Positions 7,573 through 15,888 of a DNA stretch of 64,000 nucleotides are shown here, piece after piece. The notes under the pieces were generated by a model that saw nothing but the letters and a program-made list of their open reading frames with translations, ran no database searches and was not told the origin of the DNA. How positions within the stretch are numbered: position 1 is the first letter of the stretch; every line of letters begins with the position of its first letter. Both the position numbers and the translations under genes were made by a program. The DNA lies in the sequence record PV231354.1, one strand, 5' to 3'.

Positions 7573-9029
7573 CAGGCGGGCTCGTCGACGAAGGCGTAGT
7601 CGCCGGTGTCGTAGCCGGCCGCCACGCGCTCGCGGACTTGATCCAGGGTCGTCGGCTCCAGCACCTTGCCGGTGTTGAAGACCTCGTCGAGCAGGTCGTG
7701 CTCAACCACGTCGCCTTCGTGGACCGTGATGGTCTCGAAGCCGCCATGCTCGTTGGTCACGAGCGCCAGCTTGCCCTTCTTGGACACCTTGCCCGGATCG
7801 GTGATCGGGTCCTTGAAGATGTCGACCCACTCGCCGTTGATCTCCTGGGCCGACGACTTCATCGCCCACTTGTTGGTGTCGCGGTCGAGGTCGCCCGTCG
7901 CCAGACCACCGCCGGCCGCCGTCATGATGCTGTCGGGCGCGATGCCCAGGTCCCGGCCCAGGTAGAACGGGTCCATGTGGGTGTGCTCGTTCATGCCGTC
8001 GCCCTGGAGGACCTTGACGTTCATGTTGATGACGTCCAGGCCCTTGCTGTTGCGCTGGGTGCCGAACCCGTCCGCCAGGGTCTTGAGGACCGGCGGGATC
8101 ACCTCGCCCAGGCGCCCGCTGTCGGGGCGGCAGACGATGGTCAGGTTCTTGTTGGCGATCAGGTCCTTGTACTTCACGAGCTTCTTGGCGAACTCGAAGA
8201 TGTTCCAGGTGTCGCCGACCAGCGAGACGATCGAGCCCACCGGCGCGCGCGTCAGGCAGTGCAGGATGTACTCGTCGTCGTTGTCGCGCCCGAACGAGCA
8301 CGAGATCGAGTGCTCGGTGGCCAGCACCGAATAGGCCGACATCTCGCTGAAGTAGTTGATGTTCGCCGCGCGCACGCCGGGCACGTTGTCCGAGCCCTGG
8401 AAGTGGAAGAGGTGAGCGATGCCGGCCAGGACCGAGTGGTCATAGCCCATGGTGCCGCGCGAGGAGAAGTCCAGGAAGGCGAACGGCGACATCGGGGTAT
8501 CGCTGGTCAGTTCCCAGAAAATCTTGATCGACTGGGCGATCTTGTTGACGCGGGCGGCGATCGTCGAGGCCGTCCAGACGTCGCGCAGGATCATGGTCTC
8601 GAAGTACGAGGTCAGCCATGGCAGGCGCGGGTCGAGGTTCTCGACGCTGATCAGCGCGTTCTTGACCGGGATCATCATGCCCTCGGGCACGGCCTTGATC
8701 CGCAGCGGCAGGTAGCCGCCGTATTCGTTCAGGATGATCTCCCAGCCGTCGCGGTTGAACGGCAGGCCGTGGGCCGGCACGAACGCGGCCATCTCTTCGA
8801 TGTCGGCGCGGGTGATCGGCTTGCAGAGCTTCTGGAAGAGCAGGCGCTGGAACGCGGCCAGCATCACCTTGGGGTAACGCCCGCCCCGGCTCTCGATGTA
8901 GCTGTAGACGGTGGTGCAGCCGTCGCGATAGAGCACCCAGTGACCGAGCTTATAGCTGTCGGTGTCGGCGATCAGGTTGTAGGTTTCGACGGGGGCGACC
9001 CCGTCCCAGTTGGCGATGTCGAAGGCCAT
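7572..9029 (-). CDS. nadV: Nicotinamide phosphoribosyltransferase (NAMPT)
   Basis: DTDSYKLGH, DFSSRG, FQGSDN, ATEHS, VGDTWN, RPDSG, QGDG, GGG, KVSKKGK; start moved to MAFDIA. Confidence 0.93.
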   Translation of the reverse strand: MAFDIANWDGVAPVETYNLIADTDSYKLGHWVLYRDGCTTVYSYIESRGGRYPKVMLAAFQRLLFQKLCKPITRADIEEMAAFVPAHGLPFNRDGWEIILNEYGGYLPLRIKAVPEGMMIPVKNALISVENLDPRLPWLTSYFETMILRDVWTASTIAARVNKIAQSIKIFWELTSDTPMSPFAFLDFSSRGTMGYDHSVLAGIAHLFHFQGSDNVPGVRAANINYFSEMSAYSVLATEHSISCSFGRDNDDEYILHCLTRAPVGSIVSLVGDTWNIFEFAKKLVKYKDLIANKNLTIVCRPDSGRLGEVIPPVLKTLADGFGTQRNSKGLDVINMNVKVLQGDGMNEHTHMDPFYLGRDLGIAPDSIMTAAGGGLATGDLDRDTNKWAMKSSAQEINGEWVDIFKDPITDPGKVSKKGKLALVTNEHGGFETITVHEGDVVEHDLLDEVFNTGKVLEPTTLDQVRERVAAGYDTGDYAFVDEPA

Positions 9030-9039
9030 GAGGTCCCCC

Positions 9040-10284
9040 TTAAGCGTTGAGGCTGAGCATGCGGTCCACGATGAAGGCGTGGTCCTCGAAGGTGTTGGAC
9101 GGGTCGATCTCGGAGACCGGGTCCCAGTTCGCCGCCGCCGCGTCGTCGTGACCCTTGACCACCGGCAGGCCCAGGCCCAGCGCCGGCGGCGGGATGACGA
9201 AGTGGAAGGCGTTGGAGATGATGTGGGCGCGCCGCGAGCGGTGCGGGTCATCGAAGAGTTGCGGCTCGCCCACCAGGAAGCGGCGCAGTTCCGCCATCGC
9301 CGCCAGGACGTAAGGCGGCGGGGCCGGCGCGCGCAGCTTCAGCCGCTCGGCCTGCTTGCAGGCGGCGAGCCAGTGGACGAAGCCATACTCGCGCTCCGAG
9401 GGGTGGATGAACAGCGCCGTCTCTTCGATGATCTCGCGCAGGCAGTTGTCCAGCAGGGTGGCGCCGGCGTTGACGAAGCCGCCGGGCAGGGCCTTCATGC
9501 CAAAACCCTCGGCGCCGCCGCGCTCGATCCGCAGGACGTGGCCGGCGCACTCGACCACGCCGTCGACGGCCAGGAACGGACCCGGCCCCCAGCGTTCGCG
9601 GTAGGCGTCCTCGGCCTTCTTCTGGTCGAGCAGGTAGGCATAGACCTTCTTGTCGCGGAAGCGCTCCAGAAAATCGATGGTCGACGGGTAGAGGAGGTCC
9701 GTCCAGGCATAGCCCCGGTCGCTCCAGGAGGTGTCGCGGAAGTTGACCCCGCCGGCGAAATAGGCTTGGCGCAGGGCCGTGGCGTTGACGCCATTGTCCT
9801 CGACGGGGCTGTAGGGCCATTGCGGGAACCACGTCAGGTACTCGCTAGTCGCGTCGCGGACGTTGCCAATCAGGGTGACGCGCGGGCGCAGGACCTTGGT
9901 GGCGTTCTTGACGTGCTGCTGGACCTGGGCGATCCACTCGTTCTTGCCGTAGGGGCCGGTGTCGTTCAGCGCGATCACCTGGGTCTGTTCCAGGCGCTTC
10001 AGGACGTGCCGATCGGCCGCCTCGGGTTCAAGATAGCCCGGCGTGAACTGGCCTTCCAGTTCCTCCAGGGCGAAGTCCTTGATCCCGCCCAGGATCATCT
10101 CCTTGCGCTCCTCGAACGAGAAGGGATTGCGGGTGTCGCGGGCGAGGTTGGCCGAGCCGATGAACCAGAGGACCTTGCGGGCCTTCTTGCGCGCGGCCTG
10201 ATACAGGCGGAAGTGGCCGAGCTTGGTCGGCATTTGCGCCCGCGTGATCAGCACCGCGATGTCGTACTCGAAATCCACCATCAC
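9040..10284 (-). CDS. Bifunctional NMN adenylyltransferase / Nudix hydrolase (NadM-Nudix type)
   Basis: RAQMPTKLGH (HxGH-like), IGSAN, RNPFSFEERKEMI, NATALR; Nudix box LPGGFV...LREIIEET; adjacent to NAMPT. Confidence 0.9.
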   Translation of the reverse strand: MMVDFEYDIAVLITRAQMPTKLGHFRLYQAARKKARKVLWFIGSANLARDTRNPFSFEERKEMILGGIKDFALEELEGQFTPGYLEPEAADRHVLKRLEQTQVIALNDTGPYGKNEWIAQVQQHVKNATKVLRPRVTLIGNVRDATSEYLTWFPQWPYSPVEDNGVNATALRQAYFAGGVNFRDTSWSDRGYAWTDLLYPSTIDFLERFRDKKVYAYLLDQKKAEDAYRERWGPGPFLAVDGVVECAGHVLRIERGGAEGFGMKALPGGFVNAGATLLDNCLREIIEETALFIHPSEREYGFVHWLAACKQAERLKLRAPAPPPYVLAAMAELRRFLVGEPQLFDDPHRSRRAHIISNAFHFVIPPPALGLGLPVVKGHDDAAAANWDPVSEIDPSNTFEDHAFIVDRMLSLNA

Positions 10285-10706
10285 CTCCTAAAGGCCGGGC
10301 GGATGCGCCGGGCCGGCTTGTTCTCGGTCAATTCCCGCCCGCTGAAGGACGGGAAGGAAAGCTCGCTGATGCCGTTCTGCCGTATGGCGAACTGGCGCTT
10401 CTTGGTGTCGATCCCGTCCAGGTGCGTGCTGCGCCGCCGCTCGATCAGTTCGAGGTCGACGACGTCGCCAAACACCTTGCCGTGGAAAATCTGCCGCCGC
10501 GCCCAGGTGATGGCCGATCCCAGGTGCTCGAACGCCCTGGTCTTCTCGGCCTCCTGGAGGCTGGCGCCGTCGTGGAAGGACGGGTCCACCCACGACAGCT
10601 TGATTTCCCGCGCCGGGAGCGTCTTCACCAGGACGTTGATGGCCTCGTGCCCGTAGCGCTGGGCGAAGTCGCCCACGTCGTAGCTTTCGATGTCCAGCAC
10701 CATCAT
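10281..10706 (-). CDS. hypothetical protein
   Basis: Start moved to MMVLDIES because the track start overlaps the -10 element. Confidence 0.65.
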   Translation of the reverse strand: MMVLDIESYDVGDFAQRYGHEAINVLVKTLPAREIKLSWVDPSFHDGASLQEAEKTRAFEHLGSAITWARRQIFHGKVFGDVVDLELIERRRSTHLDGIDTKKRQFAIRQNGISELSFPSFSGRELTENKPARRIRPAFRR

Positions 10707-10732
10707 GGTGATCGGCTTGGTCGTTAGGGACG

Positions 10733-10762
10733 ACACTATCGATTTCCCTCCGGCTTTGTCAA
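10733..10762 (-). promoter_or_regulatory. sigma70-type promoter
   Basis: TTGACA-N18-TAGTGT. Confidence 0.5.
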
Positions 10763-10766
10763 CGCT

Positions 10767-11243
10767 TTAACGCAGGAGCTTCAGCGACGAGGGGGCGTGG
10801 TATTTGAACGCCGCCTCGGTGATCGGCCCGATCCCCACGAAGGTCACGGTCGGCTTCTCGAAGACGGTGCGCCCGGCGTCGACGACCAGGGTCGCGCCGG
10901 CATACTCCCGGAAGCGCTCGTAGAGGGCTTCCAGTTCTTCGTTGGTGCCGGTGTGGAGCGCGATCTTCGCCGCCGACTGCGAGTAGCGGTACTGGCGCGC
11001 GGTCTTGGGGAAGCGCTCCATGGCGTCCCACCACGCATGCAGGTAGGCGTGGCCAGCCTGGGCGGAGAGCTTGCCGATGTTGAGGGACTTGTCCTCGGGC
11101 TTGCGGCTGCGCTTGGCCACGGTCATCGCGTCGAGCGCTTCCTGGCTGACGATGGCGTAGAGGCGCAGTTCAGCCTTGGACTTGCCGGCGAAGCACGCCA
11201 TCACGAGGTCCCAGGCGTGCAACCAGCTTTCGAAGAATTTCAT
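10767..11243 (-). CDS. pth2: Peptidyl-tRNA hydrolase, Pth2 family
   Basis: GKLSAQAGHA, KIAL, VVDAGRT, TFVGIGP. Confidence 0.88.
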   Translation of the reverse strand: MKFFESWLHAWDLVMACFAGKSKAELRLYAIVSQEALDAMTVAKRSRKPEDKSLNIGKLSAQAGHAYLHAWWDAMERFPKTARQYRYSQSAAKIALHTGTNEELEALYERFREYAGATLVVDAGRTVFEKPTVTFVGIGPITEAAFKYHAPSSLKLLR

Positions 11244-11683
11244 GCCCGCAAGGCCCTTTCGTAGTGGTCCTCCAGCGCGATGGCCGCGTCGAAGGCGATG
11301 TCGATGAGGTCCTCGTTGATGATGACCTCGCAGGATCGGTGGAGGCTGATCAACGCCAGGGGCTCGTAGGCCTTGTTGAGCGTCGACAGCGTCTTGATGT
11401 TCAGGGCCAGTCGATCGAGCAGCTTGACGCCGTAGACCTCAGGTCCGAACGGGTGCTTCTGCGCGTAGAGCCGCTTCTTGACCTTCGGAAAGGTCTCCCA
11501 GTCCTTGACGTGCAGGTCGGACATCAGGTCGGCGGTCTGCTCGATCAGGGTCACATAGCGCATCAGCTTGCGGAGCCGGACCTGGATGTCGTCGGACTTG
11601 GCCGTCGGCGGAGGATCGCGACAATCCTCCGCCTCATGGGCCGCCAGCATCCGCGCTCGAAAGAGGACGTCGGCGATCGGCAC
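11240..11683 (-). CDS. hypothetical protein
   Basis: Coupled ORF in operon. Confidence 0.65.
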   Translation of the reverse strand: MPIADVLFRARMLAAHEAEDCRDPPPTAKSDDIQVRLRKLMRYVTLIEQTADLMSDLHVKDWETFPKVKKRLYAQKHPFGPEVYGVKLLDRLALNIKTLSTLNKAYEPLALISLHRSCEVIINEDLIDIAFDAAIALEDHYERALRA

Positions 11684-11686
11684 CGA

Positions 11687-12124
11687 TTAGGCCTCGGGCG
11701 TCGGGGCTTCGGCTTCCGGCTCGGCGGCGGCGGTGGTCTTGGCCTTGCCTTTGCTGCCCGACGACGGCGAGGCCTGCGCTTCGTCAGCCGCCGGCGCGGC
11801 GGCCGGGGTCTCGACCAGAACCGGCTCGGCGTCGGCCGGCACGTCGACCGCAGCGTAGTCGGCCTCGAACGCGGCCGGCTTCAGGATCAGCAGTTCGTAG
11901 TCGTCGCCGCGCGGGATGCGCACGATGAAGTCGTCCTGGGTCGCCGAGGCGATCTGGCCGTTGATCGGGACCAGCAGCTTGCCGACGGCATCCTTGCCGA
12001 CAGCCATGGTGCCCATGGCGGTGTAGGCGGTGTGCTGCGTCAGCCACTCGGGCAGGTCTTCCAGGCGCTGGAAGGTGTATTGGACCGCATCCACGGTCAC
12101 GGGCAGACGAGTGTACTTGCTCAA
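11687..12124 (-). CDS. Conserved-type phage hypothetical protein
   Basis: KYTRLPVTVDAVQY N-terminus, Ala/Pro/Glu-rich tail; AGGAG RBS. Confidence 0.75.
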   Translation of the reverse strand: MSKYTRLPVTVDAVQYTFQRLEDLPEWLTQHTAYTAMGTMAVGKDAVGKLLVPINGQIASATQDDFIVRIPRGDDYELLILKPAAFEADYAAVDVPADAEPVLVETPAAAPAADEAQASPSSGSKGKAKTTAAAEPEAEAPTPEA

Positions 12125-12133
12125 GGATAGCTC

Positions 12134-12718
12134 CTACTGGGGCTGGGCCGGCGCCGGGATGGCGAAGGCAAGGGAGTCTTCGACCAGGGCCAAGAGGTCG
12201 GTGACCAGCTTGGGATTGAGGTCGTCTTGGGTCAGGGCGGCGGCGACGGCGTTGATCCGCGACCACGTGAAGTCCTCGGTCAGGCCGAGATTGTGGAGGC
12301 GCAGCAGGGTCTCGCCGTGGATCGCCACGACGCCGGAAAGCTCGCGCAGGGTGCGCAGGGTCAGAGGCCGCTCGGAGAGCATCTTGATCGCGCTGCCCGA
12401 GGGCGCCAGGAGCAGGCGCATCCAGTCGCCGGCGGGATCGTCGGCCCGGCGCAGGTCCGGATGGTCCAGGGTCGCGCCCCAGATCACCGCGTGGGCTTTC
12501 GCTGCCAGCGACTGGCGGCGCTTGGCGATGGCCTCGGCTTCCTTGGCTTCGCGCTGGGCCGCCAGGAAGGTGGCGATGATCACCGAGGGGAAGATCGCCA
12601 CCAGGAAGAAGGCGAGGCGGTCGGTCCAGACCGCGTGCGGCGTGACCACGTTCATGCCCGTGCCGATCAGCACCGTCGGGTAGATCAGCCCGCCGTGGCG
12701 GTGGATGAAGCGGATCAT
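12134..12718 (-). CDS. Membrane protein, hypothetical
   Basis: Two N-terminal hydrophobic segments; first gene after a promoter. Confidence 0.75.
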   Translation of the reverse strand: MIRFIHRHGGLIYPTVLIGTGMNVVTPHAVWTDRLAFFLVAIFPSVIIATFLAAQREAKEAEAIAKRRQSLAAKAHAVIWGATLDHPDLRRADDPAGDWMRLLLAPSGSAIKMLSERPLTLRTLRELSGVVAIHGETLLRLHNLGLTEDFTWSRINAVAAALTQDDLNPKLVTDLLALVEDSLAFAIPAPAQPQ

Positions 12719-12734
12719 GAAAAGGGCCTCCGGC

Positions 12735-12793
12735 GTTGTCGTCGAAGGCCCTTCTAGCGAGTCGGTGTCAGGCTGTCAACACTTGTCAGCCAG
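12735..12793 (-). promoter_or_regulatory. Early promoter with upstream element and leader
   Basis: CTGGC-N6-GTG-TTGACA-N17-TAGAAG then CGACGACAAC and GGAGG. Confidence 0.85.
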
Positions 12794-13394
12794 CGTCTTC
12801 CACCAGCCGCGCGATCCGCTCGAAGCCCAGTTCCAGGCGGCCCCAGAAGGCACCGGGCACGTGCGGCTTGACGACCTCGGTGAAGCGGGCGCGCTCCTTC
12901 AGGTACATCTTGGCCATGCCCAGATGCGGTGCGTTCGTCGCCGGGTCCTTGATCGAGGCCTCGACGTTGGCGATCCGATCGGCCAGCTTCAGGATGCAGG
13001 CCTCGGGGTGCTCGCCCAGCTTGCGGTAGATGTCCTCGTTGCGGGCCTTGCGGTTGGGGCCGATGCCCGACACCGCCCAGACCAGCGCCGCGACGCGCTC
13101 GCCGAACTTGTCCTCAACCATCTGCCGGCGGGCCTCGGGCGTCATGTCGAGGTGGGTGTCCTCGATCACGTCGTGCAGTTTGGCCGCCGCCGTCCAGGTG
13201 AAGCCCGCATAGCCGTAGTCGTCCAGGATGCGCTCGACCTTCTGGAGGTGGTAGAGGTAGGGCTGGCCGGCGTACTGCTGCTCGCCGTGCGCGGCGATGG
13301 CGAACTTCGTCGGGTCCTCCTGCTGGTAGGTGCCGGGGGCGTCCTCCATCAGGCTGGCCAGTTGATCGGGATCGGACAGGGGCGTGTCGGTCAT
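12786..13394 (-). CDS. RelA/SpoT-type HD hydrolase (small alarmone hydrolase-like)
   Basis: AHGEQQYAGQPYLYHL, AKLHDVIEDT, FGERVAALV, KLADRIAN. Confidence 0.85.
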   Translation of the reverse strand: MTDTPLSDPDQLASLMEDAPGTYQQEDPTKFAIAAHGEQQYAGQPYLYHLQKVERILDDYGYAGFTWTAAAKLHDVIEDTHLDMTPEARRQMVEDKFGERVAALVWAVSGIGPNRKARNEDIYRKLGEHPEACILKLADRIANVEASIKDPATNAPHLGMAKMYLKERARFTEVVKPHVPGAFWGRLELGFERIARLVEDAG

Positions 13395-13798
13395 GACGTT
13401 TTCTCGGGGATCAGGGTGAAGACCTCCACCCCCTCGTCGATGCGCATGTGGTGCGTCGGCGGGTGGGCGGGGTTGTAGCGGATGTAGCCGGCGAGGCCGC
13501 CGTCGATCATCGCGCCGCCGCGCTCCTGGTAGTCGTGGCGGAAGCGCGAGACCAGGAACGAGCCGTCGGCGAGCTTGATGGCCGAGAACACCGCCTCGCG
13601 GATCGAGGCCGCCGAGGTGATGTAGATGCCGTCCTTGAGCGGGTGGATGAAGAGGCCAAAGTAGTTGTCGTGGCCCTGCGAGCGATCCGGCGTCTCGGTG
13701 TAGAAGACGTAGAACGGCCCCTCCCGGTCCGGGAGGTCGTAGTAGCCCACGTACTTGGCGTTGTAGTGCTCTTCGGCGGCTTTGACGTTGATGCCCAT
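13391..13798 (-). CDS. hypothetical protein
   Basis: Coupled ORF. Confidence 0.7.
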   Translation of the reverse strand: MGINVKAAEEHYNAKYVGYYDLPDREGPFYVFYTETPDRSQGHDNYFGLFIHPLKDGIYITSAASIREAVFSAIKLADGSFLVSRFRHDYQERGGAMIDGGLAGYIRYNPAHPPTHHMRIDEGVEVFTLIPEKTS

Positions 13799-14298
13799 CA
13801 GGCGACCCTCAGAAATTCACCCCAGGCTGGGGCGGCGTATTTCAGGTAGGCCTCGTGCGCGGCCTCCGGCGTAGTATAGCGCCCCAGGAAGCGATAGACA
13901 CCATGAATGGTGATCTGGGCCTGGAACGGCTTGCTCTTGCACCGGCACTTGGTCACGCCCTTGGGCAGGGCGCCGATCGGGCGGCGGTTGACGAGGTTCT
14001 GAGACCGAGTCGCCTTCCGGAGGTTCTTGATCCGGTTGTTGCGGCGGTTGCAGTCCTCGTGGTCGACGTCATGGTCGGGGACGACCCCGTGGTGGAGCGC
14101 CCAGGCCAGCTTGTGGGCGGCGATCTGGATGCGGCGGCCCTCGAAAGGAACCTTGATCACCCGGTAGCCGTCCTGGTTGACCGTGCCCAGGCGCTTGCGG
14201 GTCTTGGAGCCCCGCAGGTAGATGGCGCCAGACGAAGCCTCGTAGCGGTAGCGCGCCTTGAGGTACTCGACCGGGATGACGTACTCTGCCCCCGACAT
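13798..14298 (-). CDS. HNH homing endonuclease with AP2-like domain
   Basis: AHKLAW, VDHEDCNRRNNRIKNLR; C-terminal KGV...FQAQI...LGRY...AHEAY. Confidence 0.88.
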   Translation of the reverse strand: MSGAEYVIPVEYLKARYRYEASSGAIYLRGSKTRKRLGTVNQDGYRVIKVPFEGRRIQIAAHKLAWALHHGVVPDHDVDHEDCNRRNNRIKNLRKATRSQNLVNRRPIGALPKGVTKCRCKSKPFQAQITIHGVYRFLGRYTTPEAAHEAYLKYAAPAWGEFLRVA

Positions 14299-14302
14299 GG
14301 GA

Positions 14303-14542
14303 TCAATCCTTCTTAGCGTGCCGCTTGAAGAGGAGATAGAAGAGGTAGGCGACCAGCACGCCGAGCCAGCAGAACCACAGGATCACCGCCTGCCCCAGGG
14401 TCATAAAGAAGAACCCGATCTTCCAGTCGTCGTTGAAACGGTTCTCCCGGTTCTCCCAGACCTTGGGGTAGTCGATGGCGTAGCGGTAGCCGATCCGGGC
14501 CAGCGCGATCAGGCCGCCCAGGATGAAATAGATGTCCTGCAT
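14303..14542 (-). CDS. Small membrane protein
   Basis: Two hydrophobic segments. Confidence 0.7.
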   Translation of the reverse strand: MQDIYFILGGLIALARIGYRYAIDYPKVWENRENRFNDDWKIGFFFMTLGQAVILWFCWLGVLVAYLFYLLFKRHAKKD

Positions 14543-14549
14543 GGCGGAC

Positions 14550-14825
14550 TTACTTCGTGGAGGCGTTGTCGACGGCGTCGACGGCCTTCTCCGCCAGGGC
14601 GCCCAGCTTCTTGCGGACGAAGAAGAACACGCCGGCCCAGAAGCCCAGGAACAGCGCCAGCGGCCAGATCAGGCCGATGATGATCCCGGCGATGCCGAAG
14701 AAGAAGCAGTAGACGCCGATGCCTTCGTAGTTGGTGATCCCCAGCTTGCGGAACACCGCCGGGAAGACGGTCGCGGCGGCGGCCCAGACGCCGGCGCAGA
14801 TGAAGAGCGCGGTGAGGAAATACAT
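14550..14825 (-). CDS. Small membrane protein
   Basis: Hydrophobic, coupled ORF. Confidence 0.7.
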   Translation of the reverse strand: MYFLTALFICAGVWAAAATVFPAVFRKLGITNYEGIGVYCFFFGIAGIIIGLIWPLALFLGFWAGVFFFVRKKLGALAEKAVDAVDNASTK

Positions 14826-15127
14826 CAGGTCGGTTCCTTTTCGAGCCCGTGGTCGGGGTCGTACTTGACGAGGATGCCGTCTTCGTTCCGGTGCTCCATC
14901 AGAGGCAGGCCGGAGACGAACTGCGGCACGAAGAGGTCGCGGCGCGGCTGCTGGAGCCAGATGAGGCCGGTCTCGGCCACCTGCGCGCGCTCGGCCGGCG
15001 AAAGCTCCCAGCAGGAGATCACGCCCTCAGGGCCGGTGTAGGTGTGCAGCGGGATGACCGAGTCCTCGTTGCCCGGCGCCGGGTTCCAGACCTTGTTGGA
15101 GCCGGCGAAGTTACGCGGCGTGGCCAT
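14825..15127 (-). CDS. Phage hypothetical protein
   Basis: ISCWELSPAERAQV motif; coupled ORF. Confidence 0.7.
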   Translation of the reverse strand: MATPRNFAGSNKVWNPAPGNEDSVIPLHTYTGPEGVISCWELSPAERAQVAETGLIWLQQPRRDLFVPQFVSGLPLMEHRNEDGILVKYDPDHGLEKEPT

Positions 15128-15359
15128 GCTTGGACCCCTTGTTGACGAAGAACCAGATCGCCAGCGCGATCAGGAAGCCGGGTACGGCCAGAGGCCATGC
15201 GAAGGTGACGCCCAGGAAGACGAAGACGCCCAGGAAGACCGCACCGACCGCGTCGGAGAGCTTGAGCACCCCGTCCTTGGTCTCGTGCTTGATCGCCCAG
15301 AAGAGCGCGCCCAGGCCGGCGATCACGCCGACGATGAGAGAGAAGAGGATGTACTTCAA
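15111..15359 (-). CDS. Small membrane protein
   Basis: Hydrophobic, coupled ORF. Confidence 0.7.
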   Translation of the reverse strand: MKYILFSLIVGVIAGLGALFWAIKHETKDGVLKLSDAVGAVFLGVFVFLGVTFAWPLAVPGFLIALAIWFFVNKGSKHGHAA

Positions 15360-15739
15360 AGCAAGCCCGCCGCCTGCTTGGCGGCCTCCTTGGCGCGGAC
15401 CTTGTCATGCGACAGGCTCTTCACGCGGTTGATCTCGTCGGCCTCGCAGCCGTCGGCGCTGATGCCGAGGTTCTCGCAGAGGGTGTAGAGCGACAGGAGC
15501 AACCCGCCGACCTCCTCCTTGACCTCGCCGACCGGACGCCCGTAGGTCCAGTGGGCCTGCCGGATCACGTCCTCCAAGGTCAGGCCCTGGGTCTGGACGA
15601 GTTCCATGCACTCCTCCAGCGTCCGGAAGGCCTGGATGCGGCGGTTGAAGACGCGGCCCGTCAGGACCTCCTCAACCCACTTCCAGCACCATGTCTGGCG
15701 CTTGGCCCGGTGCTCGTGGCAGGCGTCCACCTCGGTCAC
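15356..15739 (-). CDS. MazG-like nucleotide pyrophosphohydrolase
   Basis: RTLEECMELVQ...VKEEVGGLLLSL acidic helical pattern; GTG start overlaps the upstream TGA. Confidence 0.6.
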   Translation of the reverse strand: MTEVDACHEHRAKRQTWCWKWVEEVLTGRVFNRRIQAFRTLEECMELVQTQGLTLEDVIRQAHWTYGRPVGEVKEEVGGLLLSLYTLCENLGISADGCEADEINRVKSLSHDKVRAKEAAKQAAGLL

Positions 15740-15885
15740 GACTTGGTCCACTTGAACAGGCTCCAGAACGATTGGCGGGTATCGCGTGACCAGCGCCAGG
15801 GGCGGATCACCAGGATCGAGGCGATGACGGCGACGATCGCGTAGATCGTCGCCGCCCGCCCCAGGACGTCCAGGAAGGCCGTCAC
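15736..15885 (-). CDS. 49-aa membrane peptide (not in ORF track)
   Basis: MTAFLDVLGRAATIYAIVAVIASILVIRPWRW...; fills the gap between rtcB and the MazG-like gene. Confidence 0.6.
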   Translation of the reverse strand: MTAFLDVLGRAATIYAIVAVIASILVIRPWRWSRDTRQSFWSLFKWTKS

Positions 15886-15888
15886 CGA

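Noticed and set aside
7572-9029. Nicotinate phosphoribosyltransferase (PncB) assignment
   Set aside because: DTDSYK, SDN, EHS and RPDSG motifs plus linkage to NMNAT fit NAMPT/NadV better
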